Shown here: positions 49,943 through 63,210 of the stretch, one piece after another
Layout: the number at the start of each line of letters is the position of its first letter
How positions within the stretch are numbered: position 1 is the stretch's first letter
Assembly (NCBI GenBank): GCA_963702845.1
Contig: OY969763.1
Coordinates: 3,040,001 to 3,104,000, forward strand
Source of the DNA: an uncultured Verrucomicrobiae bacterium
Lineage (GTDB): Bacteria > Verrucomicrobiota > Verrucomicrobiia > Limisphaerales > Palsa-1400
DNA length: 64,000 nucleotides
Direction: 5' to 3'
Position numbers and translations under genes: made by a program
The notes under the pieces: generated by a model
Seen by the model: only the letters and a program-made list of their open reading frames with translations
Told to the model about the DNA's origin: nothing
The model's database searches: none

Positions 49943-51847
49943 TTAGTGACCGCGGCTGTTATCGCTTCGGTCGGCGCGAGAGGCTGCGGGTGCAGCGTGG
50001 CCACCACCAGAAGCTCCGCCTGCGCTGTGCGCTGCGGAACTTGCAGGAGCAGCGGCCGAATGACCGGCCGGAGAACTCGGCGCGGATGCCGAGTGCCGGA
50101 AGTTGCCTGAACCGTAGTAGTTCGCTGGCTGTTCGACGGTCTTAGTCGGGCTCGGACGCTCCGCCGCGGTGGAATGAATGGTCGGTTCATGGCTCGGCGT
50201 CGTCGGAGTAAACGAGTGAGTAGTGTTCGCACTAGAAACCCGCTCCGCGACCGACGGGGAATGCGATGCTGATGATGCGCTCACGTTCTGCCCCGGCCAC
50301 GATTGGTGGACTTCAGGACTGGTCGAAGCTGAGTTCTGTCTCACTGGAGGAGATGCAGGTCGTGCCGGTGTCGAACGCGGCGTGGAAAACGACTCATGGG
50401 AGTTGACCTTCGGAGTAACCGTTGGCAAATGGCTTGCCGATGGCCGCACGGGAGCGGTAAATGCTGAACGCGTTTGCACGGAACCAGCCGATGACGTCCT
50501 GCTCGCGGTGTTAATCAACACAGGTTTGTTGTGAACCGTTGATGTCGCCGATACTTTGGCGATGACGGTCGGACTTGGACGATAAACGGCCAACGCCGGT
50601 TTGTTGCCGACGTGTTCCATACGACCGTGTGCCGCCGCCGATGACGTGTCCCTTAAGACGACCGTTTGCACCGGTTTATGGGTGACCTGCGTGATCCTGT
50701 CCTTGCTGATGCCATTGTTGATGATCGTTGTTTTGTTCACGACAACCGTGTTTTTGATGACAGTGCTGTGATTATAAATATTCACGACTTCTGTGCGTGA
50801 AGGCTGGTGTTGCCAAGGATGATGGTCGGTGAAGTGATCGTACCCAACGAATGTGAAGGCACCAATCGACAGGCCAAAGCCCCAATCAACGTGTCCGCCA
50901 TGTCCGCCGTGTCCTCCAGCCCACACGATGCCGACACCGGGCCGCCAGGCTGCGTATGGTGGCAATGGAGCCCAACCACAATAACGATCGTGCTCACGCC
51001 AAGCGACCCACGCCGGTCCCCATGTGCTATCCGGAACCCAGCACCAACCAAATCGCGGCGTGCTACACCAACGACCATAATGGAACGGAGCCCAGCCCCA
51101 TGAATAATAGGAGCGCCAATACCAACCGGCATCGGTGTTTACCCAATATCCATTGTCGCAATAGGGACGCCAACCGGTGTTGACGACCGCGGCGCTCGGA
51201 CGCCAGCAACGTCCGTAGCCTTCGACGTTGACCCATGAACCGTAGGGTGAGAGCGAGTCGTAGAAATAGTTCACGGTTACTTCCGGAGGCGGTGCTTGTT
51301 CCACAACAGTGGCGGATGCAGAAGGAGCTGGTACATCAGGCGGCGCAACCGGTGCATCAAACCCTGGGTCTTGCGTCACATTGTAGGTCGGGACTTCTGG
51401 GCTGCTCAGTGTAGCATTCGACGGTGGTGTCGGGATCTGTTGCTGCGCCGGATCAGCAGGAGCGGCCGCGAGAGCCGGCTGACCGCCGGTCTTTCCATTT
51501 TGCATCAACGCGTTGATGACGTCCTGAGAAACGCCCACGTCGTTGAGGTAAAGAATTTCGTCCGCAGTCGGTTTGAAGGTGTTACCGGAATTCTTGATGT
51601 ATCCGACCACCACGTCATCGCCGACGTTCGATTGCGTCAGCTTAATGACATCGGCTAAACCGGGTGAAAGGTCGGCGGGCAATTTCGGCAATTCCGCTGG
51701 CGCGAGGTTCGTAGATGCCGGCGCGTTTGCGGGAGCCGGTGCGGGGGTGTCGGTTTGCGCGCGACTGGTTGTCAGTTGGGCAATGGTTCCGGTCAGGACA
51801 AGCGCCGTAGCGCCGACCATCCAACCTCGCTTTTTTAGGGTGTTCAT
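49943..51847 (-). CDS. Secreted DUF6600-like Trp/Pro-rich protein with low-complexity tail
   Basis: Signal peptide; FYDSLSPYGSW, WRPY..G.W, WGWAPFHYGRW, WGPAWVAW, GWAPLPP. Confidence 0.85.
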   Translation of the reverse strand: MNTLKKRGWMVGATALVLTGTIAQLTTSRAQTDTPAPAPANAPASTNLAPAELPKLPADLSPGLADVIKLTQSNVGDDVVVGYIKNSGNTFKPTADEILYLNDVGVSQDVINALMQNGKTGGQPALAAAPADPAQQQIPTPPSNATLSSPEVPTYNVTQDPGFDAPVAPPDVPAPSASATVVEQAPPPEVTVNYFYDSLSPYGSWVNVEGYGRCWRPSAAVVNTGWRPYCDNGYWVNTDAGWYWRSYYSWGWAPFHYGRWCSTPRFGWCWVPDSTWGPAWVAWREHDRYCGWAPLPPYAAWRPGVGIVWAGGHGGHGGHVDWGFGLSIGAFTFVGYDHFTDHHPWQHQPSRTEVVNIYNHSTVIKNTVVVNKTTIINNGISKDRITQVTHKPVQTVVLRDTSSAAAHGRMEHVGNKPALAVYRPSPTVIAKVSATSTVHNKPVLINTASRTSSAGSVQTRSAFTAPVRPSASHLPTVTPKVNSHESFSTPRSTPARPASPPVRQNSASTSPEVHQSWPGQNVSASSASHSPSVAERVSSANTTHSFTPTTPSHEPTIHSTAAERPSPTKTVEQPANYYGSGNFRHSASAPSSPAGHSAAAPASSAAHSAGGASGGGHAAPAASRADRSDNSRGH

Positions 51848-52160
51848 AAATCTCCGTTTTAAAGCTGATTTGCAGCTCTGCATTTTAGTCGTTTCGCGCT
51901 CTTTGCCACAAGTTTATCCCAACCGTTTTGGCTGGCTGACCGCCCGTGGCTTCTTCGCGAAACATCTGACCATCGGACGCCGGACAATCATAACTATTCA
52001 AAAGCCCGGCGAATACTTACATAAGATGCTCTAACGTAGGCATCTGCCCGATGGCGCAAAAGTGGCAGGAGCTTACGGCAGGTTTCGGTTTTCGCAAGTG
52101 GAGATGGTCCGGGAGCATTACCAGTTCCACAACCACCGACAAAATATTTTTTTACTTTTT

Positions 52161-52210
52161 GCCGTTATGAAGCGTTATAAGCCGTTACAAACCGTTTTGA
52201 GGCGTTTTGA
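52161..52210. repeat. Five tandem 10-bp repeats with invariant CGTT core
   Basis: GCCGTTATGA AGCGTTATAA GCCGTTACAA ACCGTTTTGA GGCGTTTTGA. Confidence 0.7.
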
Positions 52211-52377
52211 CGCAACGCGCATTCTGGTCGCGCCTTGCGCCCGCAATATCCGGCACTCACCTTACTTAGTATCAAGGAACACGAGCCGACAGAGTCGGCC
52301 CAATGGACCTCAGCATCTAATTAGTAACTACCTTTGTCAATAATGAAGTGTTGTGTTGCTGAATCAAATTCACACGG

Positions 52378-55300
52378 CTACTTAGGCAGCACCCGATAAA
52401 ATTTCTGCAGCTCCCCGGCAGATGCGTTGATCGTCACTGAAGTAACTGCGCCTGTTCCAACTACCTCGCTGACGGTTTTCCAGTCGTGGCTGCCCAGGTC
52501 GGTTTTCGACTGCAATTCGTAGAGCTTGCCGGATACGGACGTCCAACTAATCACCGCTTCCGAGGAACTGACACTGGTCACCGACATGATAACCGGACCG
52601 GAATCAATCACAGTAGTTCCGAGACTTAGTCCGTGCGGCCCAGCACCACCGCCCTGGGTATAGTTCAACACGATGCTCCCGCTGGAGAGCGATACGGAGA
52701 AACTGCCGGTGTTGAATGTCCCATTCACGATACTGACAAACTGGCTATTGCCGGGGTTCAGTCCGCCAGCGAGGCTGACAATCGTCCAGCTATGATTTGT
52801 CTGCCAGTACGAATCGCCAAAATCGGGATTGGTTGCCGTTCCCGCAAATTGTATCGAAACCTGTGAACTGCCATTCAAAACCAGGTTACCTCCTGTGATC
52901 TGGAGTTGATCGAAATTGGTTCCGGCAACACCACTGGTGTCGTCTGCGAGAGAGTAGAGGTTCCACACATCGGTTCCTCCGCTGCTCAGGTTCAATCCGT
53001 TCTGAAGCCTCAGCTTGCCGAGCGCACTGCCACCGGAAATGTTTCCGCCAGAGTTGACCACGACATTGCCACTAATCAATCCGGTTCCAGCAATCGTCCC
53101 GCTGGAATTGACCTGCACGGTACCCGTTCCTGTGCCGCTGGCGTTTGCATTGTTAATGAGAAGCGTCCCGGCATTAACGACCGTTCCACCGCTGTATGTG
53201 TTAGTTCCGCTCAAGGTCGCGATGTTCGTCGTGCTCTTGGTCAACGTGGCAGTGCCACCGAGAACAGCGGAGACATCACCACTGCGCCGCACATCATAAC
53301 TGCTGGCGGTCAATACGCCTGAACCGATTACTCGGGCATTGCTGCCGTTGAGGACCACTGTATTAACCGTTTCATTAAATCCATTTAGGTCCACCTTTGC
53401 ACTATTGCTGATCGTCAGCGTCGTGGTGTTCGGAATGACTCCATTAGTTCCTAATTTCAGGGTGCCGACGACGACAGTTGTTTCACCCAGATAGTTATTG
53501 TTCGTGTTGTTGAACACGAACGTGCCTGCTCCGCCGTGGATTTGCGATGGGAAGCTCGCGTATCCAGGGAAAGTAATTCCACCAGGCCCGGTGAGAGGCG
53601 CATCGAGCGTTAGAGTGACCGAACTGGAACGAACGCCCATTTTGTTGCCCGCTGTCGTGCCAAGTGTAACACCGCGCGTGCTGTCCAGATCTGGCGCGGT
53701 TCCGTCAAAGCCAATGCCGCCGCCGTCGATCTTAATGAAGTCTGCAACGAGAGTCGGTGGAGCGCTGCCAAAGCGTCCGACGGCTGCCACTGAAATAATG
53801 CCGCCGTTAATGCACCATTTGCTCACGCTATTGTTGGTGCTGGTCAGATGAATACGCCCCGCCCCGGTCTTGGTGAAGTTTGTGCCGGCAATGGGACAAT
53901 CGAATGTCAGCCGATTGGTGTCACCGACGTCTACGATTTTGTAGTCGGCTCCATTTCCGGTGCCCGCGAACGTGATCGTATTCGTTCCTTCAAGGTAATA
54001 GGCGGACGTGCCTGCGATGATCTGTTTAACAGTAATCGCCACACTGTTGGTAACGCTTCCGGCGACGCCATCGAAAATGGCGTTCTTGCCGTTCGAATTA
54101 TTCCAGGCCTGGTTGAAAGGTCCTGCGGAAGATTTGGCCCAGTTGTTACTGGTGATGTTCCATGTGCCTGAACCACCGAGCGCCGAAGCATCACCCGACC
54201 AGAACAGGTCGTTGGTGCTGGAACTGGTAAAGTTCAGAACCACGCTGCCACTACTGAGTGTGGTCGAGAAGTAACCTGCGGCATTTGTGGGATTGATGAT
54301 CGTGGCGAAGCTCGCGTTGTTTGTATTCTGCCCGGCGTTGAGCCTGACGATTGTCCATGAATGATTCGTCCGCCAGAACGGATCGAGGATGTCTGGCGAA
54401 GTTGCTGTGCCGGAGAAGCGGATGAGCAGTTTGGAACTGCCGCCCAATCGCAGGTAGCCGCCGGTGAGAACCAGTTGATCGAAGTCTACGCCAGCCACAC
54501 CGTTCGAATTATCCACATTCGCCGCAAGGTCCCAAATGTTTGTTCCAGCGTTTGTCAGCGTCAACCCATTCTGCAATGTTAGCGCTCCAAGAGTATCGCC
54601 AGCGGAAATGACGCCGCCGCCATTGACTATGACATTACCGCCAATGAATCCGGAGCCAGCGAGCATGCCATTGGTATTAACCGTCACAGTATTGGTTCCC
54701 GTGCCGCTGCTCGGACCGGGGTTGTTCACCACTAACGAGCCGCCATCCACAGTCGTCACACCACTGTAGGTGTTATTGGTTGCAAATACGGTCCGTCCTC
54801 CGGCACCGCCGCTCACAGATCGGCGGAAACTTCCGATGCCCGAGATCTGGCCCGAAAATATCTGGTCCGGCGCGTTCAATAAACTGTACCCCGTCAATTG
54901 TGTCGCCTTATCTCCAGCGTTTCCGATGACAATGGGCTGCGTAAAACTGAATCCGTTTGTCAGCAACAATTCAAAAGAACCAGCTCCAGTAGAGGTCGTG
55001 TTACGAAGCGTCAGTGTGCCAGCCGTCCCGCTCAACGTGCCGCCGTAAGGCAGTTGCGTCACATTTGCAGTGGCATCTCCGTTGTTGATGCTCGAATTGG
55101 CGGTAAGGAGCAACGGGTTGAGAATGGCATTGGCCAATACACGGTTTGTGCTGAGAACAATTGCGCCACCCGACAGATTCAATTTTCCAACGCCACTGCC
55201 AAAGCGGCCCACCGCATCAATGGTCAATGTGCCAGCACTGACAGTTGTATCGCCCGTGTAAGTATTGGCAGCGCCCAGCGAAACATTCCCGGTGGTTGTC

Positions 55301-58300
55301 TTGGTCAAGGTTCCGTTTCCGGCCAGAATGGCGCTGACGCTCGAGCCCGCCGTGTAGCCGCTGCCGCGCAAATCAAATATGTTTGCAATCAGGCTGCCGG
55401 TTCCAACCGTGTCGAAAATACGCGAGTTGGTGCCGGTGCTATCGAGTGTTACTGCCGCAACCGTCTGAGTTTTTCCGTTCAGATTCAGGCGGCCGTTGAG
55501 TGAAGTGCCGCCAAGGATAATCGTCGTTCCCAAGGGGAAGACCTGATTCGTTCCGGCGCGCACTTCGGTCGTTTTGATTCGCGTCGCGCCGCCCCAACTG
55601 TTGTTGGTGCTGCTCAACACGAATGTTGTGTCCGAGCCCGCCTCTCCTGCCGGCCATTCCGATGGATCGGGGAAGCTTAGATCGCCGGGGCCGGATATCG
55701 GACCATCAATCGTAATAACCACTGACGCATTGCTCGCGCCGATTTTGCCGCCGCCGGACCCCAGATAAATTCCGCGAGTTGCTCCTATAGAGAAACTGCT
55801 GGGAACTCCCAATGCAGTGAAGCTCAATCCCCCAGTGTCGAGAGTCAGGAAATTCGTCACCAGCGAAGCAGGATTACCGGTGCCGAAGATTCCGTTGGCC
55901 GGATTGGACGTCACATTACCGGTGCCAATCGTGCCGTTTTTGACTACCCACAGACCGACCGAGTTGGCGGTGTTGTTCAGATTCAAGCGTCCGCCGCCGG
56001 TCTTCGTCAACACGGAGCCCGCGACCGGGACCTTTATGGTAAGGTTATTGGTTGCATCTCCGTTATTGACTCCCGGCACATCAACACCCGCCCCATCCCC
56101 GGCGAAAGTGGCGGTACTACTGCCCTGAATTGTGTAGTTGGAACTTACGATTATAATTTGATTTACAGTAACGTTCGCACCGATAGTCACTGTGCCGCCA
56201 GTTCCACCAAACGTTGCCGTGTTGGTCAAAGAGTTGTTCCAGATGAGACTGAATGGCGGCGCGTTCGTTGCGCCCCAACGGGTGTTGGTTACATCCCAAG
56301 TTCCCGTGCCACCCAACGTGCTGCCGTTAGCCGACCACCAGAGCGAACTCGAGATCGAAGTCGTAAACCGCAGAATGATGTTTCCCGAGCCATCCACTTG
56401 GTTGGTAAATGTTCCGCAGCTATAGGTTCCGTTGACGATCGATGCGAATGCAGCATTGCCGAGGTTCGATGCGCCGGTCAGGCTGACGATTTTCCATGCG
56501 TGATTGGCGCGCCAGAACTGATCGAAATCGTTGGGCGTAGTGCTGCCGTTGAAGCTGAGCTGCAATTTGGAAGTGCCGCCCAATTGGAGTTGCCCGCCAG
56601 TCAACAGCAACTGATCGTAATCCGTTCCAGGAATGCCCCCGGATGCGTCGTCCTGCAAGTTGGCCAACTCCCAAGTGTTTGTTCCTGAACTCGACAGGTT
56701 CAAACCATTCTGCAGGGTCAAAATCCCGACTCCATTACCTGCCGAAATTGTGCCGCTGACCACCACGTTTCCTGCAATTTTGCCGGAGCCATACAACACG
56801 CCACCGGCGCTGACCGTTACAGTATTCGTTCCCGTGCCACTACCGGGACCCGGATTATTCACCACCAAGATGCCGCCATCCACAGTGGTCACACCGCTGT
56901 AGGTGTTATCGGCCGCAAATACGGTACGACCTCCGGAACTGCTGCTAACAGACCGGCGAAACGTTCCAACACCGGAAATTTGACCCGAAAAAATCTGATC
57001 CGCCGCACCCAATGGGCTGAACGAAGTTAACTGCGTGGGTTTATCTCCTGCGATTCCAATGATAATCGGCTGCGCGAAGTTAAAGCCGTTCGTCAGCAAG
57101 ACATCAAAAGAACCAGCTCCGGTAGAGGTCGTATTGCGAATTGTCAGCGTGCCAGACGTCCCGCTCAATGTGCCGCCGTAAGGCAATTGTGTCGGGTTGG
57201 CAGTGGTGTCTCCATTGTTGATGCTCGAATTGGCTGTAAGGAGCAGCGGGTTGAGCAGCGCATTGGCCGTGGGACGATTCGTGTTCAACACGATGCTGCC
57301 ACCCGCCAGATTCAAAGTCCCCGCACCACTTCCAAAACGGCCCACTGCATCAATGGTCAACGTACCAGCGCTGACAACCGTGGCGCCTGTGTAAGTGTTG
57401 GCAGCGCCCAGGTAAATGTTTCCGGCGGTGGTTTTTGTCAGAGTGCCCGTCCCTGCCAGCACAGCGCTGACACTGGGGCCGCTGGCATACGCGCTTCCTC
57501 GTAGATCAAACAAATCAGCCGACAAACTCCCCGTGCCATTGGTGTCGAAGATTCGGGAATTGCCGGCGCTGTCCAAAACCACCGTGGCTACCTTTTGGGT
57601 ATAACCATTTAAATTGAGGCGTCCATTAATGGAGAGATTGCTGATGATGAGCGATGTGCCAGTCGGGAAGACCTGATTGGTGCCCATGCGGATTTCAGCG
57701 GTCTTTATTCGCGTCACACCTGTCCAACAATTATTGGTGTTGCTAAGGATGAAAATGCAGTTGTCGCCGTGAATCTGGCCCGGAAATTCTGTAGTGCCCG
57801 GGAAACTCAGTTCGCCAGGGCCGCTGATGGGGCCGTCAATGGTGACGATGCCTCCGGTGCCATTATTGCCGATTCGACCGCCGTTCGTGCCCAGATAAAT
57901 ACCGCGGTTTGCACCAACGGTCATCGCAGCAGATGCGCCGAAGCCCAACGCTCCGCCATCAAGCGTGATGAAATCCGGATCGAGCGCGGCAGGCGCTGAC
58001 CCGAAGAGCACATTCGCATTATTGCCGGTGGTGGAAGTAATCATCCCATCTTTCACCACCCACTCGTTCACGGAATTGCCCGTGTTATTGCAGTTGAGCC
58101 GGCCGCCCCCGGTCTTCACGAGCAACGGCCCGGCCAGCGGGCAACTCACCGTCATAACATTTGTCGTACTGCTGCTCAGCGCACCCGGATTGCTGATGCC
58201 GGAATCAACGCCTGTAAACGTTATCGCGTTTGTGCCTTGCAAACCATACAAGGCAATTTGAAAGATCAGTTGGTTGACGGTGATTGGTTCGCCAATGGTA

Positions 58301-61300
58301 TTCGTTCCGGCAGTGCCGCCGAAAACGGCCATATCGCCATTGCCGTTGTTCCATGTCAGATTGAACGGTCCGCCCGAAGAAAGCGCCCATTGGTTGCTCG
58401 TCGTGTTCCACGTTCCAGAACCGCCGTAACTTGATCCGTTCGCTGACCAATAACGCGTGCCTGACACGACCGTCAGTAACGCCGGATCACTGTCTTGAGT
58501 ATATGCGCCTCCACCCGAGGTCACGACGACGGTGTAATTTCCAGCGTCAGTCGCGGCGACGTTGTTCACTGTCAAACCGGTAGTGGTAACGCCCGAAACG
58601 TTGCCGCCATTCGACAAATCCACGCCATCCTTCTGCCATTGATAAGCCAGATCAACCCCGACGGCTGCGACGGTAAATACGGCCGAGCTACCGGTGGGCA
58701 GTGTCTGACTTTGCGGTTGGGCCGTAATCACTGGTGGACCGACTAAAGCCAGGACAGTCAACATGTCGTAACGAATTACAGCATTGGTACTATAACTACC
58801 GGCAGGGTCGGCTGGCACATACGCAGCGAGGCCTGATCCGGTTGCCGTACTCTGGAATTCAGTAACAATTCGAACAGCAAAGTTCGTATTGGCGTTTACA
58901 TCCAGCACTTCAGAAAGATCACTCGATTGGAACACAAACTTCCCGAAGTTGGTGTTTACGATCACATCTCCATCAATCCAATCTGTTCCATTGGTAGTGT
59001 ATTGAAGGCGGGAATAGCGGCTGGACTGGGCATCGTTATACTGTTCCCAAGTGACGACAAGGTTCTGATATCCCAGCGTGCTGACATTGACCTGTATGCC
59101 GTGGGTCTTATTGCCAATATTGGTGACGGCATAATTGGTTATCGCCCAGCTCGAATTATCGGTCCCTAGCGACGCAACATCCGTGGAACTTCCCGCCGCA
59201 AAACGGCTGTTTGCTCCGCCAATGACAGTCACAGTTCCAACGCCTGTCGAGGGTGCGTTTGTGCCAGTAGTGACGTTTGCATCAGCAGTTGGACTATTGA
59301 AATTCCATTGCACAATCTTGAGCAAATCTCCGTACGGAACTGACAGCACTGCGCTATTGGTCAGGTTGGTTGCGTAGGGACTGCTTAGAATGACACTGTA
59401 GGTGCCCGCATTTGTCACGTCGTTGACAGTAATGTTGATCGCGCTGGTCGTCTGGCCGGAGAGATTTCCACCATTGAACTGCCATTGATAGGTCAGATTA
59501 GTGCCCGTAGCCGTCACACCGAAAAACGCATTGTCGCCGATGTTGTTGGTCCGACTCTCTGGAGCCGATGAAACAATAATCGGAGCCAGAACGCTGAGCA
59601 CCGCATTGGAACTGGTCACTGAAAACAAGGTGTTACTCACCACGACCGAGTAGCTGCCAATGTTGGTAATCTGAACGTTGCTCAATGTGAGAGACGCATT
59701 CGTCTTCGCAGACAAAACATTGGTTGCATTAAACAACCATTGATATTTCAGTGAGGTCCCGGATGCCCCCACGGTAAACGTAAGATTCGCGCCAACGTTG
59801 GTAGTCACGCTCTGGGGTTGATTGGTGATGACAATCGAGCCGTCAGAAACAAACACCGTGAACGTATTGGTTGCCTTCAATGCAGGCACACTATCGTCGC
59901 TGGCAATGACCGAAATCACGTTCGTGCTCGGCGCTTGACCGGATGTGGGCGTCCACGAGAACACGCCGCTTGCGGAATTGACCGAAGAACCCGACGGCGC
60001 TCCTGCACCAAGACTGTAAGTTAAGGTTCGCGGATTTAGCACCGCGAAATTATCCAAATACACATTGTAAATGTTGCTTCCCGCTGTTGGCACAATCGCC
60101 AAGTGCTCCAGGACGCCGAGTCCGGAGGTGGTGGACAACACTCCATTGCCTCCAGAGAAATTGCGGATGGGTTCGGATGGGAAGTTAAACACGAGATTCG
60201 TCCAGGTGTTGGCGGGAAGAACACGCGTTGCCATCGGAGCCGTCCCAGCCACGTTGGTGACACCAGCCCATTCGATGGCTCCGTTGGTGCCGCCGTTGAA
60301 ACCGATCGCCGTTCCAGCGGCATTTGTCGTTTCACGGCAACCAACTGCGAGTTTGATAGTTTGATCCGAATACACATCGAACCGCAGCTTTTTGGTGAAA
60401 TCGATGACCGGATTTGGATAGTTTGAAGCGTTCAATGTCGTCAATCGCAGCCAGGGATTGCTCGTGTTTGTGACCAGGAAGTGGGTCATCAACACCTTCC
60501 CCGAAGCCATTCCTCCCGTTGGATAGGTGTCCGTCACCGTCGTGAGATCCACCTCGGGTGCCTTCGACAGAAAATTCGTAGTGTTGGTTGCGCACAGCGG
60601 GTCGCGGAACATAACTATGCCGTTGGCTGTTTCGCTCAGGAACGGTTCGAAATCGGTAATCAAACGAACCCGGTCCGAGGAACTACCCACGTTCGTAATC
60701 GTCAGGAGCGTGTTGGGTGCAATAGTTCGATTCGAAACAGGCGCGACGGTGGGCGGATCTCCTGCAGTAGTCGCATTGGTGATTGCACAATACGCAGTGA
60801 AACCAACGGAATTGTATGCTCTGACACGATAATACCATGTGCTTGCGGCATACAGGTTCAGATCTGAGTAATTAGTAACGTCAGCCTCCAACGTTGCAAG
60901 TGCTACCCATGGCCCATTCGTTCCAGGCGCACGTTCCACGTAATAGGTTGATTCATAGCCACTGGTGTCTGTCCATCGGAGGTCAATGCGGTTGGTTCCC
61001 ACTGGTGTCGGGATGAGGCTCGTCGGGGCCGTCGCACTGGGCACCACTCGCGACAGGAAATTCTCCGAGGACCAGCCGACAAGGCCATCGCTGTTCCATT
61101 GAACTTGGTACCACGTGAAACCTGCGCCGTCATTGGTAATTGACGTGGGGCCTCCAATGATAACACCCGTGTCTCCCGAGCTCCGGGTGGTCAGCAATGT
61201 GCAGTTGACGCCTTTACTGATGCCCCCATTATCGCACTGATAAACTCGACAGTTGTTGGCCGTGCGCGCCGAGACATCGTCTCCAACAATTAGCTCAGCG

Positions 61301-62726
61301 CCTTTAACGAGATACAAGTCGGGATAATAGTGCGCCAGCATCCAGAATGCATCGCGCACAGGATAACCCAGCGTTCCTTTGCCCCAACGGTAAGTCCCGG
61401 ACCTGGCACATGCCGCGACCATGGCCGCTTTTATCTTTGCCCACGCAAATGGGATCATAAAGACAGCCGTCCGTCGGAGCAGTAAAACCGTCTCCGCAGG
61501 GAAATCCCATCTGGTTGTTTTCACTGGAGTATTCGGTGTTGGCAAAGCTCCCATCAGAATTGAGCATCACGTAATCTGTCATGTAGTCCACAGCGTTGTC
61601 CGTTTTCGTGGCGCTTGAATCGTTTTTATAATTTTGACAATCGCTGTTTCCGCAAATGTCCTGATCCGAATCAGCGTCCTTGGATTGATAACGATTGATC
61701 GCATATCCCAGCACCGCCACCGCGCCGGCATTGAGAGCGTTCGTATTCCACGATGCAAGCCATTCATGGGGCAACACGTGCTTGCAGTAATAATTCATCG
61801 TTACGTAGTAGTTCGTAATGACGCCGTTAACTGTGTCCTGCACGCGGATACTGCGCGGAATGCGGACGGTAGCGTTGGCGGGCAATGTGGCGTGCGGAGT
61901 GAACTTGAAGTTTTGCGCCGGCTGGATAGCAGCTAACATCTCGGGCGAGACCGGGGTAGTGGCCTGGTCCACCTCTTCCTCAGGTTCATCATAAACGCTA
62001 TTACGATGCTTGGAGCGCTCGTCGATAATGTCTTTGCCGCCGCCGCGTTCGAGTTGGATCTTAAATGTCCAGTCGCCACGCGGCCAGAGTTCCAGATGCT
62101 GGCGTTCTATCGCTCGATAACCGTTTTTATCGTAGATCAATTTGGCGGACGCGGTCGCTCGCTGTTCCTTCGTTTGCACCGGAACGAGCAGTCGATAAAA
62201 TCCGCGCGCATCGGTTACGGTTTCGCCGCCGCTGGGCAAGGTTCGCACCCGCACGCCAGGCAACGGTTCGCCGCTGTCGTTGTCCGAGATGAATCCTTCG
62301 AAGATCGTGGCATCATCACGACGCAACGCGTCCACCACTTCGCGACGCAATTCCTGTGGCGGCTCAATCGGATCCAAAAGGAAATGAATATGCGCCATGG
62401 CATTCTGCCTCGCGTGCAGCAGTCCAGATACCTCCTTGTAGTTCCGCGCGCTGGCAGAAACGTTATGCGCGCCGGCTTCCAACGACAGGATCGCTCGTCC
62501 GGGCTTTGTTCGAATGGCGCTTGTCAAAATGGCGTTCCGCGGCTCCAGCGCGCATCGGCTTGGCCGCGATCGCATCCGGTTGGAGCGCAAAACCGGTAGC
62601 GCTGTCGAAGAACCGAATCTCAGTCGAAACTTCGGGCGGAGTTTGTTGCGCTACGGCGGGCAACGCATGCATTAGGAGGACCAGTCCAGCCAGGCGGCGG
62701 ACAGAATCAGACAAAGGCATATTCAT
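52378..62726 (-). CDS. Giant secreted surface protein (~3,450 aa): SpoIID/LytB-like domain, SH3-like, FN3, Ig-like domains and PATR beta-helix repeats; frameshifts near 62500 and 61400
   Basis: Signal peptide at 62726; HVLPHEW...ALNAGAVA...CQNY...GHGRGMCQ, continuing in the next frame ...MLAHYYP; WYQVQW..G..GW; FN3 W.D.S..E..YYVER; many LTKT.AG...L...NTYTG.T.V..GTL repeats. Confidence 0.8.
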
Positions 62727-63010
62727 CGGATAGATATGTTTTCAGTCGTCAACGCGGCAACTGAGCAGCAGGGGTCAAGCAGATAGTGGCAATAAATCGG
62801 AAGCCTTGGGAATCGCTCAGATGAGTGACACTGCGGGACGTGACTGCGGCCATCCGATTCACTGTCGTTCACGTTGTGAGGCAGCAAGGGACTTAAAAAT
62901 TAACTTGCCGCCCACGCGAACCCGTGCGAATAACATCTTCGGTGGTTTGTATGATCAAATTTGGCAATAAAACCATCTATCCTGAAGTAAGTTTCTGGAT
63001 TCAAACGCGT

Positions 63011-63102
<92 letters not shown>

Positions 63103-63140
63103 TCGCTTACAGCGAAGACGGGCCACCGCGACTTTCCCGT

Positions 63141-63189
63141 CTTCGATTGTTCGATGTTCAGTGTTGGACGTTGGATGTTGAATGTTCTA
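63141..63189. repeat. Heptamer tandem repeat downstream of the tRNA
   Basis: TGTTCGA TGTTCAG TGTTGGA CGTTGGA TGTTGAA TGTTCTA. Confidence 0.65.
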
Positions 63190-63210
63190 TCTTCCTAGGC
63201 ACACCAACAA

